DNA of 64,000 nt from Vicugna vicugna (taxonomy: Eukaryota): NCBI GenBank assembly GCA_013265495.1, contig MU058718.1, positions 2,751,779 through 2,815,778 on the forward strand, in the 5' to 3' direction. Below are positions 63,661 through 64,000 of this stretch, one piece after another. The notes beneath the pieces are model-generated. The model was not told the DNA's origin, searched no databases, and was given only the letters and a program-made list of their open reading frames with translations. Every line of letters begins with the position of its first letter. Position 1 is the stretch's first letter. Both the position numbers and the translations under genes were made by a program.

Positions 63661-64000
63661 AAGACATAGCTGGCAGAAATTCCAAAACTGGTCTTATTTT
63701 CCTTTGGGTGCCTGAGGAGTAGGGGAAAAGGAAGTTTCTAATACGAGAAGTTGGTCATGGGATAAGAAACAATAAGCCATCTATTTTTTTTTTCAAATTG
63801 TCTGCAGAAAGCCATGATCCATAAATACCAAATCGTGAATATTTGTCATATAGGTAACCCTAAAGAATCCTGGGGCAACTCCTCATTCCATTTCTGCACT
63901 GAATTGCTTATAAAGAAGCACAGACTGGCAACAAAAAGAAATTTTTAAAATACATTTTAAAAAGAAACAGGAAAAAAAGGAAAGAAAGCCATTCCTTACT

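Noticed and set aside
1..64000. Prokaryote-style systems (CRISPR array, operon, prophage), NUMT, intact ERV or horizontally acquired insert
   Set aside because: No regularly spaced repeat array, no long ORF, no mitochondrial-like or gag/pol/env sequence and no compositional discontinuity seen; all LTRs are solo and decayed.

Overview
Mammalian genomic DNA, AT-rich and dense in interspersed repeats, very probably from a camelid (Vic-1-type tRNA-derived SINEs and young camelid-type L1 3' ends). It carries the 5' non-coding half of a minus-strand gene that I recognise from memory of the human mRNA as GNG2 (G-protein gamma-2): CpG-rich promoter and exon 1 (~60440-60251), a 15.75-kb intron 1, the 41-nt exon 2 (44499-44459) and more than 44 kb of intron 2. 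The GNG2 coding exons (MASNNTASIAQARK...) were not found and should lie beyond position 1. No supplied ORF looks like a genuine single-exon gene. The rest is transposon fossil: L1 of several ages, L2, CR1/L3, MIR, Vic-1, MaLR/ERVL/ERV1 solo LTRs, Tigger and hAT elements, and microsatellites. Repeat subfamily names are from visual recognition and many boundaries are approximate. I found no novel biological system that I can support with confidence. The best leads are (i) a chain of plus-strand exon-like segments at 1025-3767, antisense inside intron 2, that can be spliced into an open ~72-codon frame and has a 62-bp direct repeat at both ends of one putative intron, (ii) an L1 insertion at 32320-32875 that produced an inverted copy of its own target flank around an AT-rich spacer, and (iii) candidate alternative 5'-UTR exons plus an RNA G-quadruplex motif in exon 1.
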